This document shows, in pieces, positions 32,454 to 42,349 of a DNA stretch of 64,000 nucleotides. How positions within the stretch are numbered: position 1 is the first letter of the stretch; the number at the start of each line of letters is the position of its first letter. Source of the DNA: an uncultured delta proteobacterium (GTDB taxonomy: Bacteria > Myxococcota_A > UBA9160 > UBA4427). The position numbers and the translations under genes are program-made. Below the pieces are notes generated by a model that was not told the DNA's origin, ran no database searches, and worked only from the letters and a program-made list of their open reading frames with translations. The stretch is from contig CAWGJT010000005.1 in assembly GCA_963822965.1 (NCBI GenBank), forward strand, positions 608,001 to 672,000. The letters run 5' to 3'.

Positions 32454-33104
32454 TCAGCGTCCGAGGGGCAGCTTCTCGGCGACGAGCTGCGCCCCCCACT
32501 GCGCCAGCTCCGCCACCGTGAGCCACCGGCTGCCGCCGCCGGGATAGCGCGCGGTGTCGAACAGGTTCGACGTGAGCGAGGCCTGCGTCTGGTCGAAGCG
32601 CGCGACCCAGAGCTTCGTCGCGTCGGGCGCCGAGTAGAGGGTGACCTCGAACTCGACGCTCGCCGGGGACAGGGAGCCATACGAAGACCCCTCCCGCTCG
32701 CGGTAGCGGCGCACCTCGCCCAGCAGGATCGCGTCGGCCCCGAACTGCGAGGTGGCCAGCAGCGCGGCCGCCTCCGGCGCCTGACGGGGCGTCACCAGCC
32801 CCTGCCCCTCGAAGGCGAGCTGGACGTCGTCGGGCGGCACGACCTTGACGGAGCGCTGCGCCAACGCCTCGGTGACGAAGCGGGTGACCAGGGCCGTGGC
32901 CTCCCACGCGCTGGTCTGCGACTCCGCGGCTCCCCGGGAGAGCCTGGCCGCCGGGTAGAACGGCAAGACGGCGATGCAGGCGATGGGGGGCACGGCCTGG
33001 AAGCGCTGCTGCTCGACGAGATCGGGAAGCCAGCTGCTGCAGCCGGTCGCCCCTGCCAGGAGGACCAGGAGGAGCGAGAGACGCACGCGCGGGCGGCAGG
33101 GCAC
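32454..33104 (-). CDS. putative lipoprotein (CsgG/LpoB-like fold)
   Basis: Lipobox ATGC; IAVLPF, GADAILLGEV..YREREGS, PASVEFEV. Confidence 0.75.
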   Translation of the reverse strand: MPCRPRVRLSLLLVLLAGATGCSSWLPDLVEQQRFQAVPPIACIAVLPFYPAARLSRGAAESQTSAWEATALVTRFVTEALAQRSVKVVPPDDVQLAFEGQGLVTPRQAPEAAALLATSQFGADAILLGEVRRYREREGSSYGSLSPASVEFEVTLYSAPDATKLWVARFDQTQASLTSNLFDTARYPGGGSRWLTVAELAQWGAQLVAEKLPLGR

Positions 33105-33113
33105 GAAGCGGAG

Positions 33114-33358
33114 GCTAGCAGGCCGACCCGGAAGGGGTCGGCTTGCGCGGCAAACCGAATCCCTCGGATTCGTCAGCTAGCAGGCCGACCCGGAAGGGGT
33201 CGGCTTGCGCGGCAAACCGAATCCCTCGGATTCGTCAGCTAGCAGGCCGACCCGGAAGGGGTCGGCTTGCGCGGCAAACCGAATCCCTCGGATTCGTCAG
33301 CTAGCAGGCCGACCCGGAAGGGGTCGGCTTGCGCGGCAAACCGAATCCCTCGGATTCG
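33114..33358. repeat. 62-bp palindromic (REP/BIME-like) tandem array, about 4 copies
   Basis: Units at 33114, 33176, 33238, 33300; hairpins GCAGGCCGACCC-GGAAG-GGGTCGGCTTGC and CGAATCC-CTC-GGATTCG. Confidence 0.97.
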
Positions 33359-33424
33359 CAGCCCGAGCCGTGCGTGCGGTCCTGCGTGCTCAACCCGGGG
33401 CCCGTTCCGGCCGATCCGTCGCGT

Positions 33425-34006
33425 GTGTCGCGCCGGGTTCGAAAGCTCGCTCACGCCGTCGTGGGAATGCTCGTCCCGCTCTGCCTCGCGGTCGTCGTGT
33501 CGTGCTCGTCGGGCGATGCGGGCGACGGCAAGCCGGGGGCCCTGCGCGTCGTGAAGGCCGTGGTGACGAGCCTGCTCTCGGGCTCCGCGGAGACGCGCCA
33601 CGAGATCCCGGCGGAGGAGGAGCCGCCGCTCGCCGCCGAGCCGGCCCTCGCGCTCGACGCGCAGCCACCCCAGACCTGCACCGTGCCGTACGCCGGCCCC
33701 GTCACGATCGTCCCGGTGCGTACGCCGGCGGCGCTCCAGCGCGGGGTCGCCGAGCGAAGGGACGTCGCGCTCGTCTACGAGACCGACGACACCGCCATCT
33801 GGGAGGACGGGCGCGTCCTCACCCTGGACGTGGAGAACCTCGGGTCGCACCTGAACGCCGTGGGCTGGGCCACGAACCCCATGCGGATCCTCGGGGCGAG
33901 CACCCGGCCGGGCAGCTCGGGAGCGAACCTCGGCTGGAGAACCGGCCAGTCTTCCTTCCAGTCGAGTGCCAGGGCGAAGCCGAAGAAGCGACGGCGGCGT
34001 GGCTGA
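33425..34006 (+). CDS. hypothetical putative lipoprotein
   Basis: Hydrophobic N-terminus ending VVSC; GC3-rich codon use; GTG start assumed. Confidence 0.55.
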   Translation: MSRRVRKLAHAVVGMLVPLCLAVVVSCSSGDAGDGKPGALRVVKAVVTSLLSGSAETRHEIPAEEEPPLAAEPALALDAQPPQTCTVPYAGPVTIVPVRTPAALQRGVAERRDVALVYETDDTAIWEDGRVLTLDVENLGSHLNAVGWATNPMRILGASTRPGSSGANLGWRTGQSSFQSSARAKPKKRRRRG

Positions 34007-34097
34007 CGGCGCTGACGGGCGGTCCGGGGGATCGCCAGGGCAGAACGGGGGCAGCGGCCGGAGCCCCGTGCGATACTCGCGCCGCGGAGGACCCCCC

Positions 34098-34472
34098 ATG
34101 ATCAGCCAGGCCATCAACCACGTCTCCTTCTGCGTGCCCGAGCTCGAGCCCGCGCTGCACTTCTACCGGGACGTCCTCGGCTTCGAGCCCATCGCGCGGC
34201 CCGCCCTGGGCATCGACGGCGCCTGGCTCCAGTCCGGTGCCATCCAGGTCCACCTGATCGTGGCACCCGAGGGCGCCGACGTGGGCAGCAACCCGAGTCG
34301 CACGAGTCCGCTGGCGAACCACACCGCCTTCGCAATCGACGACTACGAGAAGGTCCGCGACCACCTGAAGCGCCACGGCCTCGACGTGCTCGAGGCGGGC
34401 GCGGAGCGCGGGCAGATGTGGGTGAGCGATCCGGCCGGGAACGTCATCGAGCTCATCTCCGCGGTGCGGTAG
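34098..34472 (+). CDS. VOC/glyoxalase family protein
   Basis: INHVS, FYRDVLGF, NHTAF, DPAGNVIEL; GGAGG RBS. Confidence 0.92.
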   Translation: MISQAINHVSFCVPELEPALHFYRDVLGFEPIARPALGIDGAWLQSGAIQVHLIVAPEGADVGSNPSRTSPLANHTAFAIDDYEKVRDHLKRHGLDVLEAGAERGQMWVSDPAGNVIELISAVR

Positions 34473-34486
34473 TCGCGCCGCGACCG

Positions 34487-36860
34487 ATGGGGGCCGCCGG
34501 CGTCTACCAGGGGCTGATCCTCCAGCCCACCTACCGCGTGCGGCACGGCCGGCCCGTGGTCCAGCTCTACGGTCGCCTCGCCGACGGCCCGCCCTTCCTG
34601 GTCGAGGACGATCGCTTCCGACCCTACTTCTTCGTTCCCACCGCCGCGGCGGAGCGCGTCTCCGGCGAGCCGGACGTGCAGCTCGAGGCGACCTCGCTCC
34701 GCAACCTGGCCGGCGAGGCGCGTCTGCCCGGGTGGTGCTGCCGGCGCCTTCGGCGGTGCCGTCCCTGCGCGACCGCCTCGCGAGGCAGGGCGCCGCTCCC
34801 TGCGAGGCGGACATCCGCTTTCCCTACCGCTACCTGATCGACCACGGCCTGCGCGCGGCGGTGCGCATCGAAGGCACGCCCCGCAAGCGCGACGGGCTGC
34901 TCTACTTCCGCAACGTCCTCCTGCAGCCCGGCGACGCGCGCCCCACCGCTCTCCATCCTCTCCCTCGACCTCGAGACCACCCTCGACGCCGGACACATCC
35001 TCTCGGCCGCGCTGGTCTGCCGCGCCGCGGACGGCGATACGGTCGAGGAGGTGCACGTGGTCTCGCGGGAGCGGATCGACGACCCGCACGCCCGCATCCA
35101 CGCGGAAGAGGCGCGGCTGCTCGTGGCCGTGGCGCGTCGCATCCGGGAGCTGGACCCGGACGTGCTGGTGGGCTGGAACGTCGTCGACTTCGACCTGCAG
35201 GTCTTCACCCGGCGATGCGAGCAGCTGGGGCTGCCGGCCCAGGAGCTGCGCCTGGGACGGGTCGACGGCGCCGTCGGGTTCCAGCAGGACCGGGGCTTCT
35301 CGCTGCAGAGCCGCGCCGACGTCCCCGGGCGCATGGTGCTGGACGGCCTGCCCCTCGTGCGCGAGGCGATGCGCCTCGAGGACTACCGGCTGGAGACCGT
35401 CGCGCGCGCCGTGCTCGGACGGGGCAAGAAGATCGACCACGACGCGCCGGACGCCGGAGAGGAGATCCAGCGGCTCTACCGCGAGGAGCCGGCGGCGCTC
35501 GTCGCCTACAACCTGGAGGACGCGCGGCTCGTGCTCGACATCCTCGAGCACGAAGGGCTGCTCGACCTGGCCCTGGAGCGGAGCCTGCTCTCGGGCATGC
35601 AGCTCGATCGGGTGGGCGCGAGCATCGCCTCGTTCGACCTGCTCTATCTGCCCGAGCTGCGGCGCCGGGGCGTCGTCGCGCCGAGCGTCGACGTCTCGCG
35701 CAAGGCCGAGCCGATCCGGGGCGGCGCGCTGCTCGACCCGGTTCCCGGGACTGACGCCCAACGTCGCGGTCTTCGACTTCAAGAGCCTGTATCCGAGCCT
35801 CGTGCGCACCTTCAACCTCGACCCGCTGGCCCTCGCCATGGCAAGCGGCGCCGACCCGGCCGCCACCGTCGAGGCGCCGGACGGCGCGCGCTTTTCGCGC
35901 GAGCCGTCCATCCTGCCCCACATCATCGAGCGCTTCATGGAGCGGCGGGAAGCCGCCCGGGCCCGCGGCGACCGCCACGCCGACCAGGCGATCAAGATCA
36001 TGATGAACGCGATGTTCGGCGTCTTCGCCGCCTCGGCCTGCCGCTTCTTCGACCCGCGGGTCGCGAACGCCATCACCGGCTTCGGACAGCAGACCCTGGC
36101 CTGGACGAGGGACGCCTTCGAGGCCGAAGGCATGCGCGTCGTGTACGGCGACACCGACTCCGTCTTCGTGCAGCTCGATTCCGAAGCGGACGACGGAGGA
36201 GCGCGACGAAGCGAACGACTGGATCGCGCCGAGGCCCTACGGCAGCGGGTGGCGGAACGCATCGCGCGGCGGATCCGCGCCGAGTACGGGGTGGAGTCGC
36301 TCCTCGACCTCGAGCTGGAGAAGCTCTACGACCGCCTCTTCCTCCCCCACGTCCGCGGCGGCGGCGACGCCAGCAAGAAGCGCTACGCGGGCTGGGCCGA
36401 GGGCGAGCTCGAGATCGTGGGCCTCGAGTCGGTGCGCCGCGACTGGCCGGCGGTCACCGGCCGGCTGCAGAAGGGAATGCTGAAGCGGCTCTTCACGGGC
36501 GACGAGGTGATGCCCTTCGTGAAGGCGACCGTCGACGACGTGATGGCCGGAAAGCTCGACCACGAGCTCGTCTACGTGAAGCGAATCCGCAAGCGCACGC
36601 TCGAGAGCTACACCGCGTCGACACCGCCGCACGTACAGGCCGCGCGCAAGCTCGCTGGGCCCGTCGGTCCGGTGATCCGCTACGTCATCACCCACCGCGG
36701 CCCGGAGCCCGTACCCCCGGGCGCGCCCATCCCGGGGGACGTCGATCGTCGCCACTACGTCGAGCGCGTGCTGCGGCCCGTCGCCGAGGCCATCCTGGTG
36801 GAGATCGGAGCGAGCTTCGACGAGGCGATGGGCGAGCCCCGACAGCTCGAGCTGCTCTGA
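34487..36860 (+). CDS. polB: DNA polymerase II (family B), frameshifted
   Basis: Exonuclease motifs LDLET, GWNVVDFD, YNLED; polymerase motifs DFKSLYPS, KIMMN, YGDTDS, SKKRYAG, GLESVRRDW. Confidence 0.95.
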
Positions 36861-36971
36861 GCGCCAGAAGCCCCGAGCGCGCCCTCGAACGACCCGGGAG
36901 CGCACGCTCGCGCTGACGGGAACGGCGTCTCGCGCGCGGCGCGCTCATTCGCCTTTGCGCCTTCGTTTCGA

Positions 36972-37001
36972 TTGACACCCCGGAACAACGGTCGATATCC
37001 T
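36972..37001 (+). promoter_or_regulatory. sigma70-type promoter
   Basis: TTGACA-18 nt-TATCCT in an intergenic region. Confidence 0.6.
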
Positions 37002-37141
37002 CTCCGCGTGCGGGTCAGCCGTTCGACTCGCGACGGCAAGCGCGAAGAGCGCCATCGGCGCATGCCCGAGCTGGTCAATCGCACTCGCAGTGCGCGGCGT
37101 GGCAAGTCGCAAGAGATGACCGGGCGAGGCGGAAGTCGAAA

Positions 37142-37261
37142 GAGTCGAATCCACGGGAGTCGAATCCACGAGAGTCGAATCCACGGGAGTCGAATCCACG
37201 GGAGTCGAATCCACGGGAGTCGAATCCACGGGAGTCGAATCCACGCGAATCGAATCCACGA
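37142..37261. repeat. 15-bp tandem repeat GAGTCGAATCCACGG x8
   Basis: Units every 15 nt from 37142 to 37247 with minor variants. Confidence 0.97.
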
Positions 37262-37508
37262 AGAGTCGATGACCGCAGGTCCGGAGGCGCCGGCACGAAG
37301 AAGACGCAGGGTGCGCTGGTGACGCAGACGGCGTCGCAGGCGCCGCGGAGGAAGCGCAGACGGAAGCGCAGGTAGCGTGACGAGAAGCGCGACGAAGAGC
37401 GCGACGAACGCGAAAAGGGCCCTGCAGCGAGTGACGGAGCACGACCGGCGGACGAGCGCCGCGCTCGCCAAGCCAGGCGGCCGACAGGCCGAAGCTGGCA
37501 CGGGAACG

Positions 37509-37545
37509 GAGAAGCGCCCGGGAGCGATCCCGGGCGCTTTCTCGT
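37509..37545 (+). terminator. intrinsic terminator, possibly bidirectional
   Basis: AAGCGCCCGGGA-GCGA-TCCCGGGCGCTT followed by TCTCGT. Confidence 0.75.
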
Positions 37546-37585
37546 GGTGCGGTAGCCGCCCTGCGGTACTCGTCCTGCGGTAGCC

Positions 37586-38548
37586 GTGCGGCAGCGCGAC
37601 GGACGGACGGCCGCCGTCGGCTCCTTCCCGCTCCCGCAGGGCCGCTTGCATCGAGGTGACGCCGTGCAGCCGGATTCGCCGGAGGCCGTGGTCCGGGTGA
37701 CGCGCGCGCGCGAAGCGGCCGGGGAGTGGGCCCTCGTGCTGGTCGCGGAGGGCCTCCACCCGCGGATCGACTACACCGCCGCGGGCTTCGTGGTCTGCGT
37801 TCCGGTGGACGAGGCGCCGGCGGCGGAGGACGCCCTGGCGCGTTTCGAGTCGGAGAACGCGGGCGACGCGCCCGCGGCTCCGGAAGCGCGCGAGACCATC
37901 GGGGAGGTCGAGCGCTTCGCGGCCGGCGTCGTGAGCCTCGCCATGCTGGCGTTCTTCGCCGTGACGGGGCCCCGGAGCCCGCAGGTCGTGTGGTTCGCTC
38001 GGGGCAGCGCGGACGGTGCGCGGATCCTCGACGGCGAGCTCTGGCGGACGGTGACCGCCCTGTGCCTGCACGCGGACCTCACGCACGTGGCCGCCAATGC
38101 GCTGTTCGGCGCGATCTTCCTGGCGGCCGTCTGCGCGGGATTCGGGCCGGGCCTGGGCATTGCCCTCACTCTGGCGGCGGGCGTCGTCGGCAACCTCGCC
38201 AACGCGTTCTTCCAGGGACCCGATCACCTCTCCATCGGCGCCTCGACGGCCGTCTTCGGGGCGGTGGGCCTCTTGGGGGGGCGGAGCGGGGTGCATCGCA
38301 TCCGCCGGGGCGACCTCGGGCTGCATCCGTGGGTGCCCATCGCGGCGGGGCTGGCGCTGATCGCCATGCTCGGCACCGGCGAGCGAAGCGACCTGTCGGC
38401 GCACCTGTTCGGCTTCGGGGCGGGCGGGCTGCTGGGCGCGGCGGCCACCCTCGGCTGGCCACGTCGGCCGGGCCCGGGGGCGCAGGCGGCCGCGCTCGCC
38501 CTCGCCCTCGCCATCCTGCTCGCATCCTGGCACCTGGCTCTTCGCTGA
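37586..38548 (+). CDS. rhomboid intramembrane serine protease
   Basis: GELWRTVTALCLH, HVAAN, catalytic GAS, AHLFG; start uncertain. Confidence 0.92.
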   Translation: MRQRDGRTAAVGSFPLPQGRLHRGDAVQPDSPEAVVRVTRAREAAGEWALVLVAEGLHPRIDYTAAGFVVCVPVDEAPAAEDALARFESENAGDAPAAPEARETIGEVERFAAGVVSLAMLAFFAVTGPRSPQVVWFARGSADGARILDGELWRTVTALCLHADLTHVAANALFGAIFLAAVCAGFGPGLGIALTLAAGVVGNLANAFFQGPDHLSIGASTAVFGAVGLLGGRSGVHRIRRGDLGLHPWVPIAAGLALIAMLGTGERSDLSAHLFGFGAGGLLGAAATLGWPRRPGPGAQAAALALALAILLASWHLALR

Positions 38549-38701
38549 CCGTCCGGACGGCAGCCTGCTGCCTGCGCTCGGCGGCCTGAGCGGTAGACTC
38601 CCGTCCCTCGCTCGGCCACGCGAGCGAGACAGAGCGAGCCGAGCGAAGCGAGAGACTCGAGCGAGGCTCGAGCGAGAAAGAGGAAAGGGACGGCCGGAAC
38701 G

Positions 38702-41206
38702 ATGGCGTTGCGCACAGGCCGAGGCAGTTCGGGCGCCCGATCCCTCGCCGGGCTCCTCGGCGGCGCGATCGCCGGGCTGCTCGCGCTCGCACCCGCGGTA
38801 CGCGCCCAGGAGGTGATCGGCACCGTCGAGATCCGCACCACCGAGGGCTCCTTCTTCGTGCAGCTGGCCGAGGACACCGCGGTGCGCGATCACGCCCGCT
38901 TCTTCGCCAGCCTGGTTCGCGACCGCGCCTTCTTCCACCGCGGCGACAAGCAGATCACCTGTCCCGACGGTCCCTGCTTCTATTGCGAGTGCGTGGCCGG
39001 CCTCTGCCAGGACGATCCCAACGAGCGCAGCTGCATCGACAGCCGCTACCTGGTGAACGACCAGACCACGCCCTCGGCGGTGCTGCACGCGGGGCTCTTC
39101 ACCGTCGACGGCGGCAACCACCTGCAGGAGACGGGAGCGAGCCTCCCCGTCGAGCTCCAGACCTCGCCCGGCGTCTTCAAGAACGTGGCCATGACCGTCG
39201 CCTTCGTGCGACGCGGCGGCATCCTGACCCCCGAGTGGATCGTCAACGTCCAGGACAACTCCGACCTCGTGCGGGACGACGGCCTGACCTTCGACGACGC
39301 GGAGCACGGGGGCGCGGGTGCCCATCTCGTCTTCGGCCGGGTCTCCTCCGGCGAAGAGGTCGTGCTGGCGCTCGCGGGGCTGGCCACCACCGACGCGCGC
39401 AACAGCCAGACGCTCGTCGACGACGGAACGGCCACGAGCATCCTCGACGAGCTCGATCAGCTCCCCCTGGTGGGCTTCGAGGACGACGAGAATCCGGTCG
39501 AGGTCGACTTCTGCGACCTCGGGATGCCCGACCCCGCGTGCCTCATGCCCCAGTGCACGACGCTGTCGGACGACGAGCTCCGCTGCGAGGCCCCGGCCTG
39601 CTACGACCTCGTCCCGCTGACGGACGAAGAGCAGGCCATCGTCGACCAGGGCGGCACCGTGGATCGCTTCTGCGCGTTCCCCGAGCAGCCGAACTTCCCC
39701 CTGATCGCCGAGGCGACGCCCGCGGGCCTCGCCCTCGTCAACAACGGCCTCGCGCCCCCCGAGCCCCTGAACGTCCTCGACTATCCGAACAACCCGAAGC
39801 TCGTGGTCGACGTTCGCAACGAGTCGTGTCCGGACGACCTCTCGGACCCGCTCGGCCTGTGCACCAGCCCGGGCCTACCCACCACCCTCGACGTTCGGGA
39901 CGGCGGCTCGGCCGCGCACGTGCGCGTCTCCGACACCTCCCGGCTGTTCGTGCGGGGCGGCGCCGTCTCCCTCCTCGAGCTGCTCGACACCTCGAGGGCG
40001 AGCCTGCTCGCCGGCAGCGTCGATTCGCTCGACGCCCAGGACGAAGCGGACCTCAGCGTTTCCGGCGGCGCCGTCGCCAGCCTCGTAGCGGACGGCGCCA
40101 CGATCCTGGTGACGGGGGGATCCGTCGCGAGCCTGGAGGCGCACGGAAGCTCGCTCGTCCGGGTCGCCGGCAGCGACTTCATGGTGGACGGCTCCCCCGT
40201 GTCGTTCGGAGCGCTCGCGCTCTCGGGCCTCACTCTCGAGGGCACGCTCGCAGGGGGCGATCCGATCTCCGCCGCGTTCGTGGCGGACACCCCCGGCCAG
40301 GCGAGCGGAACGCTCTACCTGCTCGACGCGACGAGCCTCGCCTCGCCGGCCGCCATGGTGCCCGTCGAAGGGGGGAACGAGCCCTACAACGAGTCTTTCG
40401 GGACCATCGTCCGCCCCTTCCAGATCGGCCAGACCGAGGTGACGAACGCCGAGTACGCGGCGTTCCTCTCCCAGAAGGCCTTCTCCGATCCCCACGGCCT
40501 GTACGCCGCGGAGATGGGCAGCGATCCACGCGGCGGCATCCTGCGCACCGGCGCCAACGGGAACTACCACTACGAGACGATCGCCGGCCGAGCCGACTGG
40601 CCGGTGGTGTTCGTCTCGCGCTACGACGCCCTCCGCTACGTCAACTGGCTGGAGAACGGCGCGACCGTGGGGGCGTCCACGGAGACCGGCTCCTACACGT
40701 TCACCGGGGAGACGAGCGTCGGCCCCCGCAACTACGGTGCCCGGTACTTCCTGCCGCGGACCAGGGAGTGGGACAAGGCCGCCTACTTCAATCGGGCGAC
40801 CAGTCCGCCTTCCTACTTCGAGTACCCGACGTCGTCGAACGTCGCGCCGACCCCGGACGTGCCCGGTCGCGACGTGGGCAACTTCGCGAACCTCGACCGG
40901 GCCCTCGGCGGGCTCACGGCGCCGCTGGCTCCCGTGGGCTCGTACCGCTTCTCGGCCAGCCCCTCCGGCACCCTGGACCAGGCGGGCAACGTGCTCGAGT
41001 GGCTCGAGGACAGCCTGGATCTCCTGGGAGGCGGCTGGGACAGCGACCCGGAAGCCGCGAGCCGACAGTCCGCCAGCCCAATCGACGCCGCCACCAGCCA
41101 GACGCGGGACGTCGGCTTCCGCGTGCCCGAACCTTCCGCGGGCGCGCTGGCCGCGGCCGCCCTGGCGACCCTCGCCGCCTTGCGTCGCCGGCGCTCAGCG
41201 CGGTAG
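38702..41206 (+). CDS. secreted PEP-CTERM protein with cyclophilin-like and FGE/SUMF1-like domains
   Basis: Signal peptide; FFHR, WIVNVQDN..L, VFGRV..G; IGQTEVTNAEYAAFL, PVVFVS, LP...EWDKAAY, DQAGNVLEW, VGFR; C-terminal VPEP-TM-RRRR. Confidence 0.85.
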   Translation: MALRTGRGSSGARSLAGLLGGAIAGLLALAPAVRAQEVIGTVEIRTTEGSFFVQLAEDTAVRDHARFFASLVRDRAFFHRGDKQITCPDGPCFYCECVAGLCQDDPNERSCIDSRYLVNDQTTPSAVLHAGLFTVDGGNHLQETGASLPVELQTSPGVFKNVAMTVAFVRRGGILTPEWIVNVQDNSDLVRDDGLTFDDAEHGGAGAHLVFGRVSSGEEVVLALAGLATTDARNSQTLVDDGTATSILDELDQLPLVGFEDDENPVEVDFCDLGMPDPACLMPQCTTLSDDELRCEAPACYDLVPLTDEEQAIVDQGGTVDRFCAFPEQPNFPLIAEATPAGLALVNNGLAPPEPLNVLDYPNNPKLVVDVRNESCPDDLSDPLGLCTSPGLPTTLDVRDGGSAAHVRVSDTSRLFVRGGAVSLLELLDTSRASLLAGSVDSLDAQDEADLSVSGGAVASLVADGATILVTGGSVASLEAHGSSLVRVAGSDFMVDGSPVSFGALALSGLTLEGTLAGGDPISAAFVADTPGQASGTLYLLDATSLASPAAMVPVEGGNEPYNESFGTIVRPFQIGQTEVTNAEYAAFLSQKAFSDPHGLYAAEMGSDPRGGILRTGANGNYHYETIAGRADWPVVFVSRYDALRYVNWLENGATVGASTETGSYTFTGETSVGPRNYGARYFLPRTREWDKAAYFNRATSPPSYFEYPTSSNVAPTPDVPGRDVGNFANLDRALGGLTAPLAPVGSYRFSASPSGTLDQAGNVLEWLEDSLDLLGGGWDSDPEAASRQSASPIDAATSQTRDVGFRVPEPSAGALAAAALATLAALRRRRSAR

Positions 41207-42088
41207 CGCCAGGATCCGCGCCGCCTCGTCGCAGGTCGCCACGGGCCGCCCCAGCTCCCGGCACAGCGCCGCCGCCCGGGAGACGAGCTCCTCGTTCGTG
41301 GGCTTGGCGCTGCCCGCGTAGTCCTCGAGTCCCACGTGCAGGTGGCCACCCCGCTCCAGGGCGTGCCGGGCGAGACCGTGCTCGAAGACGTCGCCTCCGA
41401 GCACGCCGACCGACCACGGAAGCCCGCACGTGCCCAGCATCTCGAGGTAGACGTCGAGACCCCACGGAGTCGGGGGCAGCCCGAAGCTCACGCCCGGGTA
41501 CCCCGCTCCCATGTAGCCATAGTCGCCCCCCAGATAGAACTTCACCAGGGATCCCGCCGGCAGACGGCCCGCGCGGTGGTAGGCCAGCGCGTGGCGCAGG
41601 AAGCCGGGTTCGAAGATCGCGATGCTCGGGCCCAGGCGTAGGGCCTCGTGCAGCTCGAAGGCCCAGCGGATGTCCGCCGGCGTGTTCGTGTACGCGAAGT
41701 GGATGGGGATCGGCAGTCCGTCGGCGTCCGAGCCGCCGAGGTTCACCGAGCCGGGATCCACGAAGCCCACCCGCAGCGGAACGGCCTCCGCCAGGATCTT
41801 CACGTGCTCGTAGCGATCCTCGACGGTCTGCCCGAATCCGAGGGTGGGATAGACGAGGGCGTCGGGACGCGCGGCGAGGATCGGCCGGAAGTGGTCCAGG
41901 TAGCGGGCCGCGGCCTCCTCCCCGGGAACCAGGATCTCGTGGATGTGGGTGTGGACGAGGCAGGCGCCGGCGCCGAGACAGGCCAGCGCGTCTTCCGTGA
42001 TCTCGGGCGCGCTGCGGGGAACGTTGGGGTTCGTCTCCTTCGAGGTCTGTCCGTTGAGCGCCACCTCGATCATCACCGGCGAGTCCAT
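41195..42088 (-). CDS. beta-keto acid cleavage enzyme (BKACE/DUF849)
   Basis: IEVALNG, NPNVP, AGA.LVHTH, GGHLHVGLED, TNEELV, GRPVAT. Confidence 0.92.
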   Translation of the reverse strand: MDSPVMIEVALNGQTSKETNPNVPRSAPEITEDALACLGAGACLVHTHIHEILVPGEEAAARYLDHFRPILAARPDALVYPTLGFGQTVEDRYEHVKILAEAVPLRVGFVDPGSVNLGGSDADGLPIPIHFAYTNTPADIRWAFELHEALRLGPSIAIFEPGFLRHALAYHRAGRLPAGSLVKFYLGGDYGYMGAGYPGVSFGLPPTPWGLDVYLEMLGTCGLPWSVGVLGGDVFEHGLARHALERGGHLHVGLEDYAGSAKPTNEELVSRAAALCRELGRPVATCDEAARILALPR

Positions 42089-42151
42089 CGGGCGAATCCC
42101 CCTGATGCTCGGGCACGAGCGGGGCCATCATAGCCGCCGGACCCCGGGCCT

Positions 42152-42187
42152 TTGACCTTTGCCCCGGGCGCGCTAGAACGTGTTCCA
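42152..42187 (+). promoter_or_regulatory. promoter overlapped by a KstR-type operator
   Basis: TTGACC-16 nt-TAGAAC; TAGAACGTGTTCCA (42174-42187) matches TnnAACnnGTTnnA. Confidence 0.65.
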
Positions 42188-42349
42188 CTCCGGCGTGCGG
42201 GAGCGCGTCCGCTGCCCGCGTGCGGGGTGAACTGTGTTCAGCGACGTGGTGCGGAAGGCGACGATCGGCGACCGCAGACGGGTCGAGCGAGCGAGAACCG
42301 AGACCAGCGGCTCGCGCGCGAGCCCCGGAACCCGAGGCCAGGCGACGCC

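Noticed and set aside
33114..33358. CRISPR or tRNA array for the 62-bp and 84-bp repeats
   Set aside because: Head-to-tail identical units without spacers; no cloverleaf, T-loop or CCA signature.
34487..36860. polB as a marker of a prophage or self-replicating element
   Set aside because: It looks like ordinary cellular Pol II, with no integrase, phage genes, terminal repeats or compositional shift nearby.
38604..38680. GAGCGA-rich tract, and pyrimidine-rich tracts near 23010 and 49480
   Set aside because: Degenerate low-complexity intergenic sequence with no stable period or clear structure.
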